From Octopus bimaculoides (Eukaryota): a DNA stretch of 64,000 bases. Position numbers and translations under genes: made by a program. The first letter of the stretch is position 1. Every line of letters begins with the position of its first letter. This document shows, piece by piece, positions 1 through 12,356 of this stretch. Under the pieces are notes generated by a model. The model was not told the DNA's origin. It saw nothing but the letters and a program-made list of their open reading frames with translations, and made no database searches. The DNA is taken from NCBI RefSeq assembly GCF_001194135.2, contig NC_068997.1, forward strand, positions 28,365,733 through 28,429,732. Direction: 5' to 3'.

Positions 1-170
1 TGTGTATGAGCATAGTTGTTGGGACGTTGTTCTGTAGTTGTGAGCGAGCTGTCGAGTGTAAGTCCGAAAGATGTAGAGACAGCTTAAATACGTCCATGCT
101 CAATCGCTGGCCAGCGAGAAAGAGAATGAATTGAGCGGGAAACGCTTGGTTGTTTAATTCTACGCATGCG
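1..170 (-). mobile_element. Partial LTR of the same family
   Basis: Reverse-complement match to 5770-5940 over about 170 bp. Confidence 0.75.
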
Positions 171-180
171 TAAGACTACG

Positions 181-860
181 CAAATGGATGAAGCTATGTT
201 ACAGTGGAGAGAGAGAGCTGGGTTTGTCAATTGAGGATAGACGGAAGCAGAGAGCATGGGGCAATCTGCGTTCAGGTCCCACTTTCAACTCTCTCCTTGA
301 TCAATTTGAACAGTTTTCAAGGTGTCGTCTACTTTCTGCTAGTGCAAAATTCTCGGAGGACTGGATTGATTCCCTGCCTGTGGCCAACATTGGAAGTCTA
401 CTCAGTCTAGATGAACTCCACTTCTCCATCGCACTTAGACTGGAAGCTGACGTCTGTAGGGGACTTAAATGTCACTGTTGTAGGCCTCTCGATCCAACAG
501 GTCTGGACCACTAACCGCGAAGTTCTTCTCATCGTTGGCAGCTTGCCTCACCGATGTGTTAGGTGATGCCTGTGAGGGCGGGCGCTTGGCTTTTCCAACG
601 CCTTAGCCTCGCCATCACCCGTAGTAATGCCACAAGCATGTTGACTCACTTTAGTAGGTTCCATTGAACCTTGAGGTGTGCGACCAGTTGAAGCACTTGG
701 TGTTGCATTGATGGTTTTTCTTTCTCCTCTTTTTTTGTTGTTTTTCTTTTGCAGAATATATTCCTTTTCACTAAATTAACTATTTTAGTGTAAGTCTAAG
801 CACGAATATTTAATTAGCATTTATGTATAATATTTAACATCCTTGCATATATTTATATAT
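181..860 (+). mobile_element. CRE-clade non-LTR retrotransposon 3' fragment with internal deletion
   Basis: RCRLLSASAKFSEDWIDSLP..LSLDELHFSIALRL..C.C (ORF 188-514), jumping to AWLFQRLSLAITRSNATSML* near 590-670; pyrimidine/AT-rich 3' UTR. Confidence 0.8.
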
Positions 861-1413
861 TTTTAGATCTGATATTTATGTATAAGTGATTAGTTTATTT
901 TTTTGTTTCATTTAACCATTGTATGTATATTATGAATTTCCATTGTCCTCCCCTACGCGCTAAGTTTTTTTCACATATCGTACTTATTGGAAGTAATTAA
1001 ACCTGTTTAACATTTGGGAAATGAGAAATATAATTTTATTATTATCCACTAATTTCGACACTTTTTGTCTACTTCCTCTTGCTCTCATTAGCAACTTTTA
1101 TCGTACGTTTTTCAACATTATCTCGAAAGAGAAAAACTGAATATTCATTCATGCAAACCAAAATATTGCAATTATCTCAAAGTTTAGTAAAACATCCACC
1201 ATCGTTAATGACGGGGTTAATGTTTACAACTTGACCTGGAAACGAATATCAGAAAAAAAATAGTGCAATGGGCGTTAAAAAATGTGTAGGAAACGAATAT
1301 AAAAAAAAAATCCGCGCAATGGAACGAGAGGGTGGAGAGAGGACCTCGGAAAATTCACATGATCCGAGTTTCTCCCTCGTTGAGGTTCCTTTTAATTAAG
1401 TCATTCAGAACGG

Positions 1414-2002
1414 TGTGACGGGGGAGTCGGCTCGCTCTATGGCTGCAGGCTGAATTCATCGACAACCGCTTCACAACGGCATTTGTGTGGCTCACACACG
1501 CGGAGACCGAGGCACTTCAATACGAGTGCGCTCAGTGTATCGGTAGATGAGGAGGGGACCGAATTGAGATACGCATCGCCGTTTGGTTGCGAAGCAGAAC
1601 AAAGGCAGGCGAGGCAGTGCTGGTCTAAGGATGTCTTTTATAACCTCTTCCATTGGTGGTTAAAACATGAGACTACAAAATTATCAGTGTCGTGAACAGT
1701 AATCCAGCCTACCCTCAAAACAAACGATTTCTAGATTGTTCTCAACGTTATTGTCAGTCTTTCGAGGTTAATAGATGTGTGTTTTGTTTTCTACTCATCC
1801 TCTGGTTGTTGACAGTTCGTGCATATGTTTCTAGAATACATGCAGTGAGCAGGCTAACTTATGTCTAAGCCTACCTCATCAACGCATTCAGTGTTTTGAA
1901 TTGTTTACCTACCTGGGGCGAACTGGAGCAGTTCACACTACTACTACTGCTACTATTAAAAAGGACGGATGAACTTAGTAAACGTTCAACGACTTCCTAA
2001 CA
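1414..2002 (+). mobile_element. Possible solo LTR of another family
   Basis: TGTGAC...CTAACA termini, TATA-like tttataa near 1637 and ATTAAA near 1955; no matching TSD found. Confidence 0.3.
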
Positions 2003-2284
2003 ATAGCACGGACCCTCAAAAATTCCGGGTTGGTGTTTGGCGTGCTGGAAGACCACTGGGAGTGAGGTACCCCTTAGCCTTTGTTAAAGCTTGTCTCTAG
2101 AACCCGCTTGAGATCCACGCTAGGTCTGCTCCGATATTCAGCGATCGCCAATCAACAAGATGAGCTGCTACGGATCACACCATCCCAAAGTGTTTATGCA
2201 GGTGACCAGGGACCACATGTGAGTTTGTATTCTCACTGAAACTCCGGACACGAATTAGCTCGTTGGTCGGAGCCGACTCAACCC

Positions 2285-2870
2285 ATCCCGGTCAACCTAT
2301 CCAGCCGGCGAATTTTTTCTCCGCGAGAGTTCCGGACCCCAGTAATGAACTCATTTGCATACAGCCAATCAGAGCTCACCTTGGCCTTATTGTCAAGTTA
2401 AGAAAATACTCTACCAAGCAAACTCAAGTACGAAGAATGGTGTTGTAAGTCGACCGATTGCCAAGTTATGCCTGATTTTAGAAGGAGATAGGTAATTAGA
2501 TAGATTTGCATCTATACCTATAATCGGATTTTGTTAGGGCCCCATATGGTAAAGATGTGGATGGGAAAATGTGGGGAGTGGGTGATGTGCTAGCAATCTA
2601 CTGTTTTACAAAGTAAACAACCAGACAAATAATTACGCAGAGGCAGCCATGGTTGAAACAAGAACAAGAACAGCAAACATTCTTAAAAGAGAAAAGGAGC
2701 ATGGTCATTCCTCACCCAAGTGACCTTATCTTATCGCCCATCACTTGTTATGCGCTCATAAATTAGTTTGATAGTTGAGTTCTGATTGGCTGTATGCGAA
2801 TGAGTTCATAATTGGTGTACGGAACTCTCGTGGGAAGAAAATTTCGCATCCCGGTCAACCTATCCCGCCG
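2285..2870. mobile_element. Non-coding element with about 70 bp inverted repeats (2308-2378 / 2776-2847) bounded by 23-24 bp direct repeats
   Basis: DR atcccggtcaacctatcc(a/c)gccg at 2285-2307 and 2848-2870; inverted arms gcgaa(t/a)ttt..cgagagttccg..atgaactcatt(t/c)gcatacagccaatcaga(g/a)ctca. Confidence 0.75.
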
Positions 2871-3182
2871 CAAGTACAAATAAGTAAGTAACTAACTGAC
2901 TACTACGATTACTATGCATTTTATTATTATTATTTCAAAACTACAGCAACAGGATGGAACCTATCTTACCAAAATCAAAAGCCCACGATGGTTATGGTGA
3001 CAAAGATTTAAGGACATAAGGAGAGAGGGGGACTATCAAATTAAGTTTGAAATAAATACTTGTTTATGTTTTATTGCTTAGAACAATGAAAATACACCAA
3101 TTAAAACGTGAAGACACATTTTAATCGTTCAAAGTCGCACAAAAACTGTTATCTTAAACATTTATTATTTGGTGTCAAACAA

Positions 3183-3370
3183 GGCGGCGAGCTGGCAGAA
3201 ACGTTAGCATGCAGGGTGAAATGCTTAGTGGTATTTCGTCTGCCGTTACGTTCTGAGTTTAAATTCCGCCGAGGTCGACTTTGCCTTTCATCCTTTCGGG
3301 GTCGATAAATTAAGTATCAGTTGCATATTGGATCGATCTAATCGGTTGGTCCCCTCCCCCTCAATCAAAT
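3183..3370 (+). mobile_element. tRNA-derived SINE family A
   Basis: ggcggcgagctggcagaa..gcctttcatcctttcggggtcgata; other copies at about 6680-6864(-), 23235-23400(-), 27255-27400(-), 33990-34220(+), 59330-59540(+). Confidence 0.8.
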
Positions 3371-5768
3371 CGAAGCATAGTTTCAGGATAAAACTAATGC
3401 GAGCCAACGAAGGAACATCTTCGTTATCGTATGATCTACAAGGAATAACTGATAAATCTCCTTCAAACCACACTTTAACATCCTAAAACAGGAAAGACTC
3501 GTGGCGTAATATAGTCCTCGATACTGAAGAGTGGATTCGAATCCTAACCACTAGATACTCAGTTGAGCATCACGAGCGAGCCACCACAGTTTCATGTGAT
3601 TGATCTATAAATCGACCAGTCCGCATGAAAATGTGGCGTATTGTAGTTTTCCCGAATGCTAAAATTTAACCTCTTGTTCTCTGTAAAACCAGGTTAGCCT
3701 TTTGGCTGTCGAGAACAGCCAGCTGATTCACATGCCTGTTCTCTTGCCAGCCAGGTCAGACGGCTGAAACCACAGATCACTTCGGAGATTTGCGTGGGTG
3801 ACTTTGGGTTTCTTCTGTTTTTTTTAAAATTTATTTATTTATTTTTTAAATTGTTAATGTCACATAGCTAGCTTCGATATTTTCAAGGTCAGTTTTAGCG
3901 CCAATTTTCAGAGGGCGTGTTAACTTGTGAACCAACTACACGCTCTCTCTCGCCTTTATAATAATAGTCGTTTTCACGCCTGTTAGTTCAGCTTGGCTAT
4001 AACTATCTAGCTGGCCGAAATGAAACCTCTATATTTTTTCTTGTCTTGCTAAACTTCAGTACAGAGCTTTTGCAATCAACTAATTATGAAGGCTCCGAAT
4101 TATTCCTTTAATTGTGTTGACTTGATGTTGAAACTTTATAAATCATGACCAACTTATATATTACTTGTGTGGTGAAATAAAAGTTACAATTAAATATTTG
4201 CTTGGTGCTGTTACATAATTCATACACAGTCTCACGTGCCACGACACCATTATTACCCAAACTGGAAGATCCGGCACACCGACTTTAACGAATTGTGTAC
4301 AAAATATTTCTTTTCTCTATCTGTCTTTGGTTAGTCAAAAATAGAGCAAAAGATCTCATTTTTGTAGTAGCGTCGAGTGAATCGATATTTTGTATACATA
4401 CGAAAGAAAGGAAAAAGAAAGACAGACAAGACTACTTCATTTGATAAAAAAAAAAAAATGAGTTTCCCCAGGTGAGATATTTTAAGGTATAAATGTCTTC
4501 ACATTCCTATGTGAACGGCGACAACAAAAACTTACAGCGTCTCAAACATTGTTGCCAAAAAGAAAAAAATAAATAAAGTTTACGTGAATAGTTAAGAAAG
4601 AAGTGGGAGCAACAAAAGATGTTTTCTTATCGGCTGAAGAAAATAGTAAACCAGTTCATATCTCATCCGCACCCAAGCTAAAGTCATCGACATTAAGATA
4701 TTGATTTTTTTTTTTTTTTTACCGAAAACCGTGTCATTCATAATGTGGCACTTTTAATATTATTAAATGTGAAGCAGTTGACGTTTAAAAACTGAAAAAC
4801 AACGTATTTCTAGGATCGTTCTTTTCGTCTTTTCTTTTAATGACTTCGGTCGTAGGCTTGCGGCTATGCTGGAACACAGCCTTAATNNNNNNNNNNNNNN
4901 NNNNNNNNNNNNNNNNNNNNNNNNNNNNNNNNNNNNNNNNNNNNNNNNNNNNNNNNNNNNNNNNNNNNNNNNNNNNNNNNNNNNNNNNNNNNNNNNNNNN
5001 NNNNNNNNNNNNNNNNNNNNNNNNNNNNNNNNNNNNNNNNNNNNNNNNNNNNNNNNNNNNNNNNNNNNNNNNNNNNNNNNNNNNNNNNNNNNNNNNNNNN
5101 NNNNNNNNNNNNNNNNNNNNNNNNNNNNNNNNNNNNNNNNNNNNNNNNNNNNNNNNNNNNNNNNNNNNNNNNNNNNNNNNNNNNNNNNNNNNNNNNNNNN
5201 NNNNNNNNNNNNNNNNNNNNNNNNNNNNNNNNNNNNNNNNNNNNNNNNNNNNNNNNNNNNNNNNNNNNNNNNNNNNNNNNNNNNNNNNNNNNNNNNNNNN
5301 NNNNNNNNNNNNNNNNNNNNNNNNNNNNNNNNNNNNNNNNNNNNNNNNNNNNNNNNNNNNNNNNNNNNNNNNNNNNNNNNNNNNNNNNNNNNNNNNNNNN
5401 NNNNNNNNNNNNNNNNNNNNNNNNNNNNNNNNNNNNNNNNNNNNNNNNNNNNNNNNNNNNNNNNNNNNNNNNNNNNNNNNNNNNNNNNNNNNNNNNNNNN
5501 NNNNNNNNNNNNNNNNNNNNNNNNNNNNNNNNNNNNNNNNNNNNNNNNNNNNNNNNNNNNNNNNNNNNNNNNNNNNNNNNNNNNNNNNNNNNNNNNNNNN
5601 NNNNNNNNNNNNNNNNNNNNNNNNNNNNNNNNNNNNNNNNNNNNNNNNNNNNNNNNNNNNNNNNNNNNNNNNNNNNNNNNNNNNNNNNNNNNNNNNNNNN
5701 NNNNNNNNNNNNNNNNNNNNNNNNNNNNNNNNNNNNNNNNNNNNNNNNNNNNNNNNNNNNNNNNNNNN

Positions 5769-6106
5769 CACGCATGCGTGGAATTCAACAACCAAGCTTT
5801 CCCGCTTCATTCTGTCTCTTTCTTGCTGGCCAGCGATTGAGCAAGGACGTGTTTAGCTGTCTCTCTCCATCTTTCGAACTTACGCTAGACAGCTCGCTCA
5901 CATCTACATACCAACGTTCCAACAACCATGCTCACACACACAGAAGACGTCTCAACAAACAAGAGCTAAAGATGTATATATTAACCACCTTAAAATAAAT
6001 AATTGTTACGTTGATAGTCTGGAGTTCAGCGTTCCGTTAATTCTTAATTTTATGTAGGAAAGTCAGGTGTACATCTAATGATGTATAACCCACTTTCCAC
6101 TAAACA
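5769..6106 (+). mobile_element. LTR of a related Gypsy family (5' part lost in gap)
   Basis: Shares cgcatgcgtgga..caa, tcccgcttc, aataaata..ttg..gttgat..ggagtt and taggaaagt.aggtgtacatcta.tgatgtataacccactttcc with the 38.2-38.6 kb LTR; ends CACTAAACA. Confidence 0.75.
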
Positions 6107-6368
6107 CTTATGGATTTTCTTGAAGGCACTTCCATCCAGTCAAAGGATTTTCTGAACAATATCAGATAATACAATTCTGCATTTCAAACGACATCGTTTG
6201 CTGCATCTATGGAGATAGCTGAACAGGGATTTATGTCGATGTTCAAAGTTCAAGAGCAAGTCTGTCACCTCATTGGTTTCCTGTTACCCCCAAATAACCA
6301 AAAGTTCCTCCAAATTTACTTTATGAGTGATGTACAACAGACTCGAAGATGTCAAAACATCAGATGAT
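6107..6368 (+). mobile_element. Helitron Rep/helicase ORF fragment
   Basis: SKDFLNNIR*YNSAFQTTSFAA..GFMSMFKVQEQVCHLIGFLLP..KFLQIYFMSD resembles the Helitron motif FLxNIRxYNSxFQMTSFG..FKVQGQVYHxIGSLLP..FLQIYF. Confidence 0.78.
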
Positions 6369-6643
6369 GAGTCGTGTTAGATGCAGCGCCGACAGCCGCA
6401 ACGGAGATTATATGCACTGACAGCTTTTCGGTACGTTCAAAAATCACATACCTCCGCCAGGTTAGGGCCTGGGATGCCCGAAACAGACGTATGACATATC
6501 GCTTAGTCGAATTAACCCAGCATTTACTCCACAAATGAGTTGACGTCAATATTGCACTTTCCATATCACATGTTTCAACATAACTGTAATATATATACAA
6601 ATTATGCCATTTTAATCCCGAGCAACACTGGATATCACTGCTA

Positions 6644-6678
<35 letters not shown>

Positions 6679-8320
6679 CCTTTTCTACACTAGGCACAAA
6701 ACCCAGTTGATTAGATCAACCTCAGTATGCAACTGGTACATAAAATATCGACCCCGAAAGGATGAAAGGCAAAGTCGACCTCGGCGGAAGTTGAACTCAG
6801 AACGTAAAGACAGACGAAATAAGCATTTCGCTCGGTGTGCTACCGTTTCTGCCAGCTCGCCGCCTTATAAATATATATATAACAAAACAGGACATTGGGA
6901 ATTTTTAGTGTTATTTATTCACCACTACGCTTGTTTCGTTTGCCAATATAAATTACGAAGTTTTACATGTTTGTCTAACATGTAAGACTTTGTAATTCTT
7001 ATTAGTTAACGAAACACGTATAATGGTGAATAGATAATGCCAAAAAATTTCTAGTTTCCTGTTTTGTTATACAATAACANNNNNNNNNNNNNNNNNNNNN
7101 NNNNNNNNNNNNNNNNNNNNNNNNNNNNNNNNNNNNNNNNNNNNNNNNNNNNNNNNNNNNNNNNNNNNNNNNNNNNNNNNNNNNNNNNNNNNNNNNNNNN
7201 NNNNCCCACCCGTAAGTTATGAGGAAACAAAACAGTGAAGCGAGCTGCTAACGCTGACGAGAATTTCGCAGTCCTTCCGAACGTAAACTGAATTGATAAT
7301 TCTTTTATTACTGGTTTATTACATTTAATATATTATGCCTCATCTACGAATATGTACTTTATGCAGAAGACGCCCCTAGCAACTTTTTTCCATATCATCA
7401 TTGATAAAATTGCCAAATTCATAAGAGAATTTCAAGCAGAACATTACACCCCAAAGAGGGCACACGTAGAAACTTGCGGGGATCTGCGTCGGCTAAAATT
7501 GGTTCACTAAAATAACAAAATGGAATAGAAATGTGAGAAGAGGTGGCTGATTAAAAGAGTCCTTCGATAAAAAAGAAATGAGATGAACTTTTAAAAGCTG
7601 TAAAGTGGGTTGAAGAGGGCTGAGAAATGCAAAGGGAATGTTTGAGAGAGGACAGTCAAACAATCAGAGAATAGGGCAACGAAGAGAAAGAGAAGGGAGA
7701 AATTAATAGAAACGTTCACATACTTGTATATGAATACACACGTGTAAATATACACTCATTTACGCACACAGACAGACAAATGGATAAGTAAACAGAGAAA
7801 GAGAGAATCACATATAGCCTTATATGTAGATACAAAAAGAAACGAAGAAGGAAGACAAACTAGATGTGACGTGAGAAGGAGGAAAGGTCACAATGGTCAT
7901 CAAGAACAAAATAAATACGCGGTCTCATCCCAAACAAAGGAAAGTTTGCGAGGGTCTGAAACCTGAATCTCGACGTTCATATATACCCACGCCCCCGCAC
8001 ACACACACACACATATACAATGATTCACAAAAGTGCAAACGCACGTGATAGCTATTATAAAGAGATCAGGGAAAAGTAAAAATGTTGAGCGGAATCGTTT
8101 ATGTTGTGAGTTGCAGTCTTATGCAGTCGACTTCAATTTTTTTTTTTTTTTCATTCTGCCAGGTTGGACGAATAAAGTACTCGGATTTTGGCATAATCTG
8201 TTTTGCTGAACCGCTAAGTTACGAGGTGGAGGGTGCATACACAAATTAGTACGGGTAGTTAAGCAGTGATGTGAGACAAGAACATACATAATCACACACA
8301 CACACACACCCATCCACATG

Positions 8321-9009
8321 GCATCTATTTTAAAACGGGGGCCACAGTTTTCATTAATGTTTTACGTAGTGTTTTTGGTACCGAAAGACTTTCAAACTTC
8401 GTATACTTATCTATTTTGTGTTATAGAACAGAAAAATATCTTTGTATNNNNNNNNNNNNNNNNNNNNNNNNNNNNNNNNNNNNNNNNNNNNNNNNNNNNN
8501 NNNNNNNNNNNNNNNNNNNNNNNNNNNNNNNNNNNNNNNNNNNNNNNNNNNNNNNNNNNNNNNNNNNNNNNNNNNNNNNNNNNNNNNNNNNNNNNNNNNN
8601 NNNNNNNNNNNNNNNNNNNNNNNNNNNNNNNNNNNNNNNNNNNNNNNNNNNNNNNNNNNNNNNNNNNNNNNNNNNNNNNNNNNNNNNNNNAATAGAAAGG
8701 TTTATTAGCTACTGCCAATATGCTTCAGCCATTTTTTGACAAGGAAATAATAATTTTATCACCGATAGAATTGTTTCAGAATCGTTTGTTTATGTAGTCG
8801 GCACTTAATGTATATCGGCTGAATGGACGTCAGTGATTGGTTGAAATTACAGAAATACGACAACTTTAACATGGAATAACTTAGGGATTTCTTTTTTTTT
8901 AAAGAAGACTAAGAGAAAAAGATGTTTTATATGACACATTCTACCAGTGTTCCAAGTTTCAAAGTGTTTCGTTAAGAAAATACTGTGGCCCCCGTTTTAA
9001 AATAGATCC
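8321..9009. mobile_element. MITE-like DNA element with 28 bp TIRs (spans a gap)
   Basis: TIR g(c/g)atctattttaaaacgggggccacagt at both ends; 8 bp flanks tccacatg / cacacatg (6/8 match) may be a decayed TSD. Confidence 0.75.
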
Positions 9010-9026
9010 CACACATGTACACACAC

Positions 9027-9063
<37 letters not shown>

Positions 9064-10104
9064 TGTACACACACACACACGTGTATCTGTGTGTGTGTCT
9101 AGTTGTTAGTGTTTGTCTGTCAACACAGCTTAATCTGAATATTATTTTCTACTCTCTGCAGAAGGCTCGAAATTTTTGGGGACGTGGGGGCCAGTCGATT
9201 AGATCGACCCCAGTATGAAACTGGTACTTAATTTAACTGCTTAATCTGAATATTAAAGGGTTAATCACACCCCTTTGCCTGTTTTAAGTTCAAATGCTAC
9301 AGAGGTCAACCATCCATTAGAGGAATGATTGGAATGGGTTGAGAAAATTAAAAAAAGCACAAATCAAAATTGACCAACTTTTTACCCCCAAAACCTGAGA
9401 CCAATTGGCCTTGTGCCAAAATTAACAGAATAAATTCATACACACTAAAGACATTTTTTATGTGTAAGACTGAGAGACTTGGTAGTGTCAATTTCATTAT
9501 TAATCATGTCCTTTTGCACAGTGAGAGCAAGGAAATGGAGTGAGCTTCGTAACCTATACATGCTTTTGTTACAGATGGAAAAGTTGGTCTTTTTTCTCTT
9601 GATAATGTTTAGCTGTATGTCTTGCTGACATACTTTCTTCTATAAGCATTTCAATTTGAGTTTTGCATTTCAACACTCTGTCACCAAAAATGATCTATGG
9701 TCTATCATACATTGGTTTTGTGTATTTCATTTCATTTGCAGTCACATTAAAAAAAGAAACAAACTTATGTTTAGAGAAGAGAAAATGTCAACCAGTGTAC
9801 AAACCAAGGAAAGTAAAATATGGAACTGATGTGACTCAACCATCATATTTCATTATTAAGAACAAGATTTACTTGCAAGTAAGAAACAAAACAAAAATTA
9901 AGGCAAATTATCTAATGAGGGAAAAAGAACCAACAAAAAATAAACAAAAAAAACCCAGTAAATCTCTCATTTAATGTTTGTTTAATCACCTGTTTAAAAA
10001 AAGAACTCTTTATGCTCTTACAGACACGTAGATGTGCATGCACAGACATATACATCAGAGTATATATTAGTTGTTATTGGTTATATTTCTATACGTATGC
10101 ACAT

Positions 10105-10245
10105 ATGGAAGCACAATGGCCCAGTGATAGGGCAGCAGACTCACGGTCACAGGATCATGGTTTCAATTCCCAGACCGGGCGTTGTGAGTGTTTATTGAGC
10201 GAAAACACCTAAATTTCCACAAGGCTCCAGCAGGGAGTGGTAGGG
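10105..10245 (+). mobile_element. tRNA-derived SINE family C, CpG-decayed
   Basis: A-box-like caatggcccagtg and B-box-like ggtttcaattccc followed by a body sequence. Confidence 0.6.
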
Positions 10246-11197
10246 TTAGGGAAAATATTAGATTTATAAGCCCTAAAATTCCCTCCATAATTACCCACGG
10301 GCAAATGTAAATAATGCAGATGATTTTTGTTATGTTTAGAAGAGGAGAAAATTTTAGTTTTTGAAGAAAAGAGACAAAGAAGTAAAAAGAAAATATATTT
10401 TTGGGAAGAGGACAATTGAAAAAGAGGAAGAAGAGCAAAGTGGGGGGCGGGGGATAGATAGTTAGACAGAGAGAGACGTTTCTTTTTCTTCTCTTTTCTT
10501 ATTTTTCCCATCCTACTTTCTAAAATTGACATCTTGAAAATTTATTTAGCCATTTCTTCCTACTCTGAGAAAATATGTATATTTACAAATATGTCAATAG
10601 GTATACAATAAGAAGGGAAAGAGGAGGAAGAGAAAAAGAAAAAAATACTTTGTAATGATATTTCAATGGGTTGATCACATCAAATTGAAAAGAAACCTCT
10701 CTCTCTCTCTCTCCTTCTTTCTCATTATCTATCCTCCCCCACCCCTGCCTTTCTTTTTCTTCCTCTTTCTGACTAAAATCTTCAATGCAGTGCTACAGCA
10801 TGGCCACAGTCCAATGACAAAACAAATAAAAGATAAATATATCGGCACAGGCTTGGATGTATGATATTTGGGGTTCAATCTCACTGTGTGGCAGTGTGGC
10901 ACCTTGGGACAATCAAGGATTTGGTTGATAGAAACTGAAAGAAGCCTGTTGTATATATATATATGTCTAGGTGTGTATATCTTTGAGTCTGAGTTTGTCC
11001 CACACTACCATTTGACAATTGTTGTGTTGGTGTGTTTACATCCTTGTAACTTAGCAGTTCGGCAATAGGAGCCAACAGAATAAGTACCAGTCTTTAAGAA
11101 ATAAGTCCTGGAGTTGATTCGTTTGACTAAAGATTCTTCAAGGCAGTGCCCCAGCATGGCAGCAGTCAAATGACGTGAACCAAGTAAAAGATAGAAA

Positions 11198-12356
11198 AAT
11201 TGACAGATAGTATGCTCCGATGGATGTGTAATGTCAGTGTGCATACTCGACAGAGTGTAAGGACCTTGAGAGAAAATTTGGACCTAAGAAGCATCAGTTG
11301 TGGTGTGCAAGAGAGACGATTGCACTGGTATGGTCATGTGGCAAGAATGGATGAGGATAGCTGTGTGAAAAAGTGCCACACCCTAGCGGTTGAGGGAACC
11401 TGTGGAAGAGGTAGACCCAGGAAGACCTCGTATGAGGTGGTGAAGCACGACCTTCGAACATTAGGCCTCACCGAGGCAGTGACTAGTGACCAAGACCTTT
11501 GGAAATATGCTGTGCGTGAGAAGACCCGGCAAGACAAGTGAAACCATAACCCATGGCCTTTACCAGAGGTGTAGCCAGGCCACTTATGTGTACCTTTCCT
11601 TCATTGGNNNNNNNNNNNNNNNNNNNNNNNNNNNNNNNNNNNNNNNNNNNNNNNNNNNNNNNNNNNNNNNNNNNNNNNNNNNNNNNNNNNNNNNNNNNNN
11701 NNNNNNNNNNNNNNNNNNNNNNNNNNNNNNNNNNNNNNNNNNNNNNNNNNNNNNNNNNNNNNNNNNNNNNNNNNNNNNNNNNNNNNNNNNNNNNNNNNNN
11801 NNNNNNNNNNNNNNNNNNNNNNNNNNNNNNNNNNNNNNNNNNNNNNNNNNNNNNNNNNNNNNNNNNNNNNNNNNNNNNNNNNNNNNNNNNNNNNNNNNNN
11901 NNNNNNNNNNNNNNNNNNNNNNNNNNNNNNNNNNNNNNNNNNNNNNNNNNNNNNNNNNNNNNNNNNNNNNNNNNNGGCTTCCGTGCTGGTGGCACATAAA
12001 AAGCACCATTTGAGCGTGATCGTTACCAGTGTCACCTTACTGGCACGTGCAAAAACATTTGAGTGAGGTCATTGCCAGTGCCACAGGACTAACTCCTGTG
12101 CAGGTGGCACATAAAAGACACCATTTGAGCGTGACCGTTGCCAGTATCACCTGACTGGCCCTCGTGCCAGTGGCACGTAAAAGCATCCACTACACTCTCG
12201 GAGTGGTTGGCGTTAGGAAGGGCATCCAACTATAGAAACTCTGCCAGATCAGATTGGAGCCTGGTGCAGCCATCTGGTTCGCCAGTCCTCAGTCAAATCG
12301 CCCAACCCATGCCAGCATGGAAAGCAGACGTTAAATGATGATGATGATGATGATGA
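11198..12356 (+). mobile_element. 5'-truncated RTE-clade LINE (RT C-terminus, 3' UTR across gap, (GAT)n tail)
   Basis: ORF 11200-11541 [33 protein letters not shown]; canonical 3' end ...ggacgttaaatgatgatg. Confidence 0.88.

Noticed and set aside
4458-4476. ATG AGT TTC CCC AG|gtgaga as the first exon of an upstream gene
   Set aside because: Joining it to the best downstream candidate exon (9742) gives an early stop; no further support.
4763-5856. Long ORFs in the track that run through N-gaps (also near 8.4, 11.6, 15.4, 27.4, 29.2, 39.1 and 55.5 kb)
   Set aside because: Artefacts of N runs lacking stop codons.
1-6106. Inverted about 170 bp repeats 5.6 kb apart as TIRs or DIRS-type inverted LTRs
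   Set aside because: Both are copies of the Gypsy LTR family seen at 38.2-38.6 kb. The interval holds unrelated elements and no tyrosine recombinase or transposase ORF.
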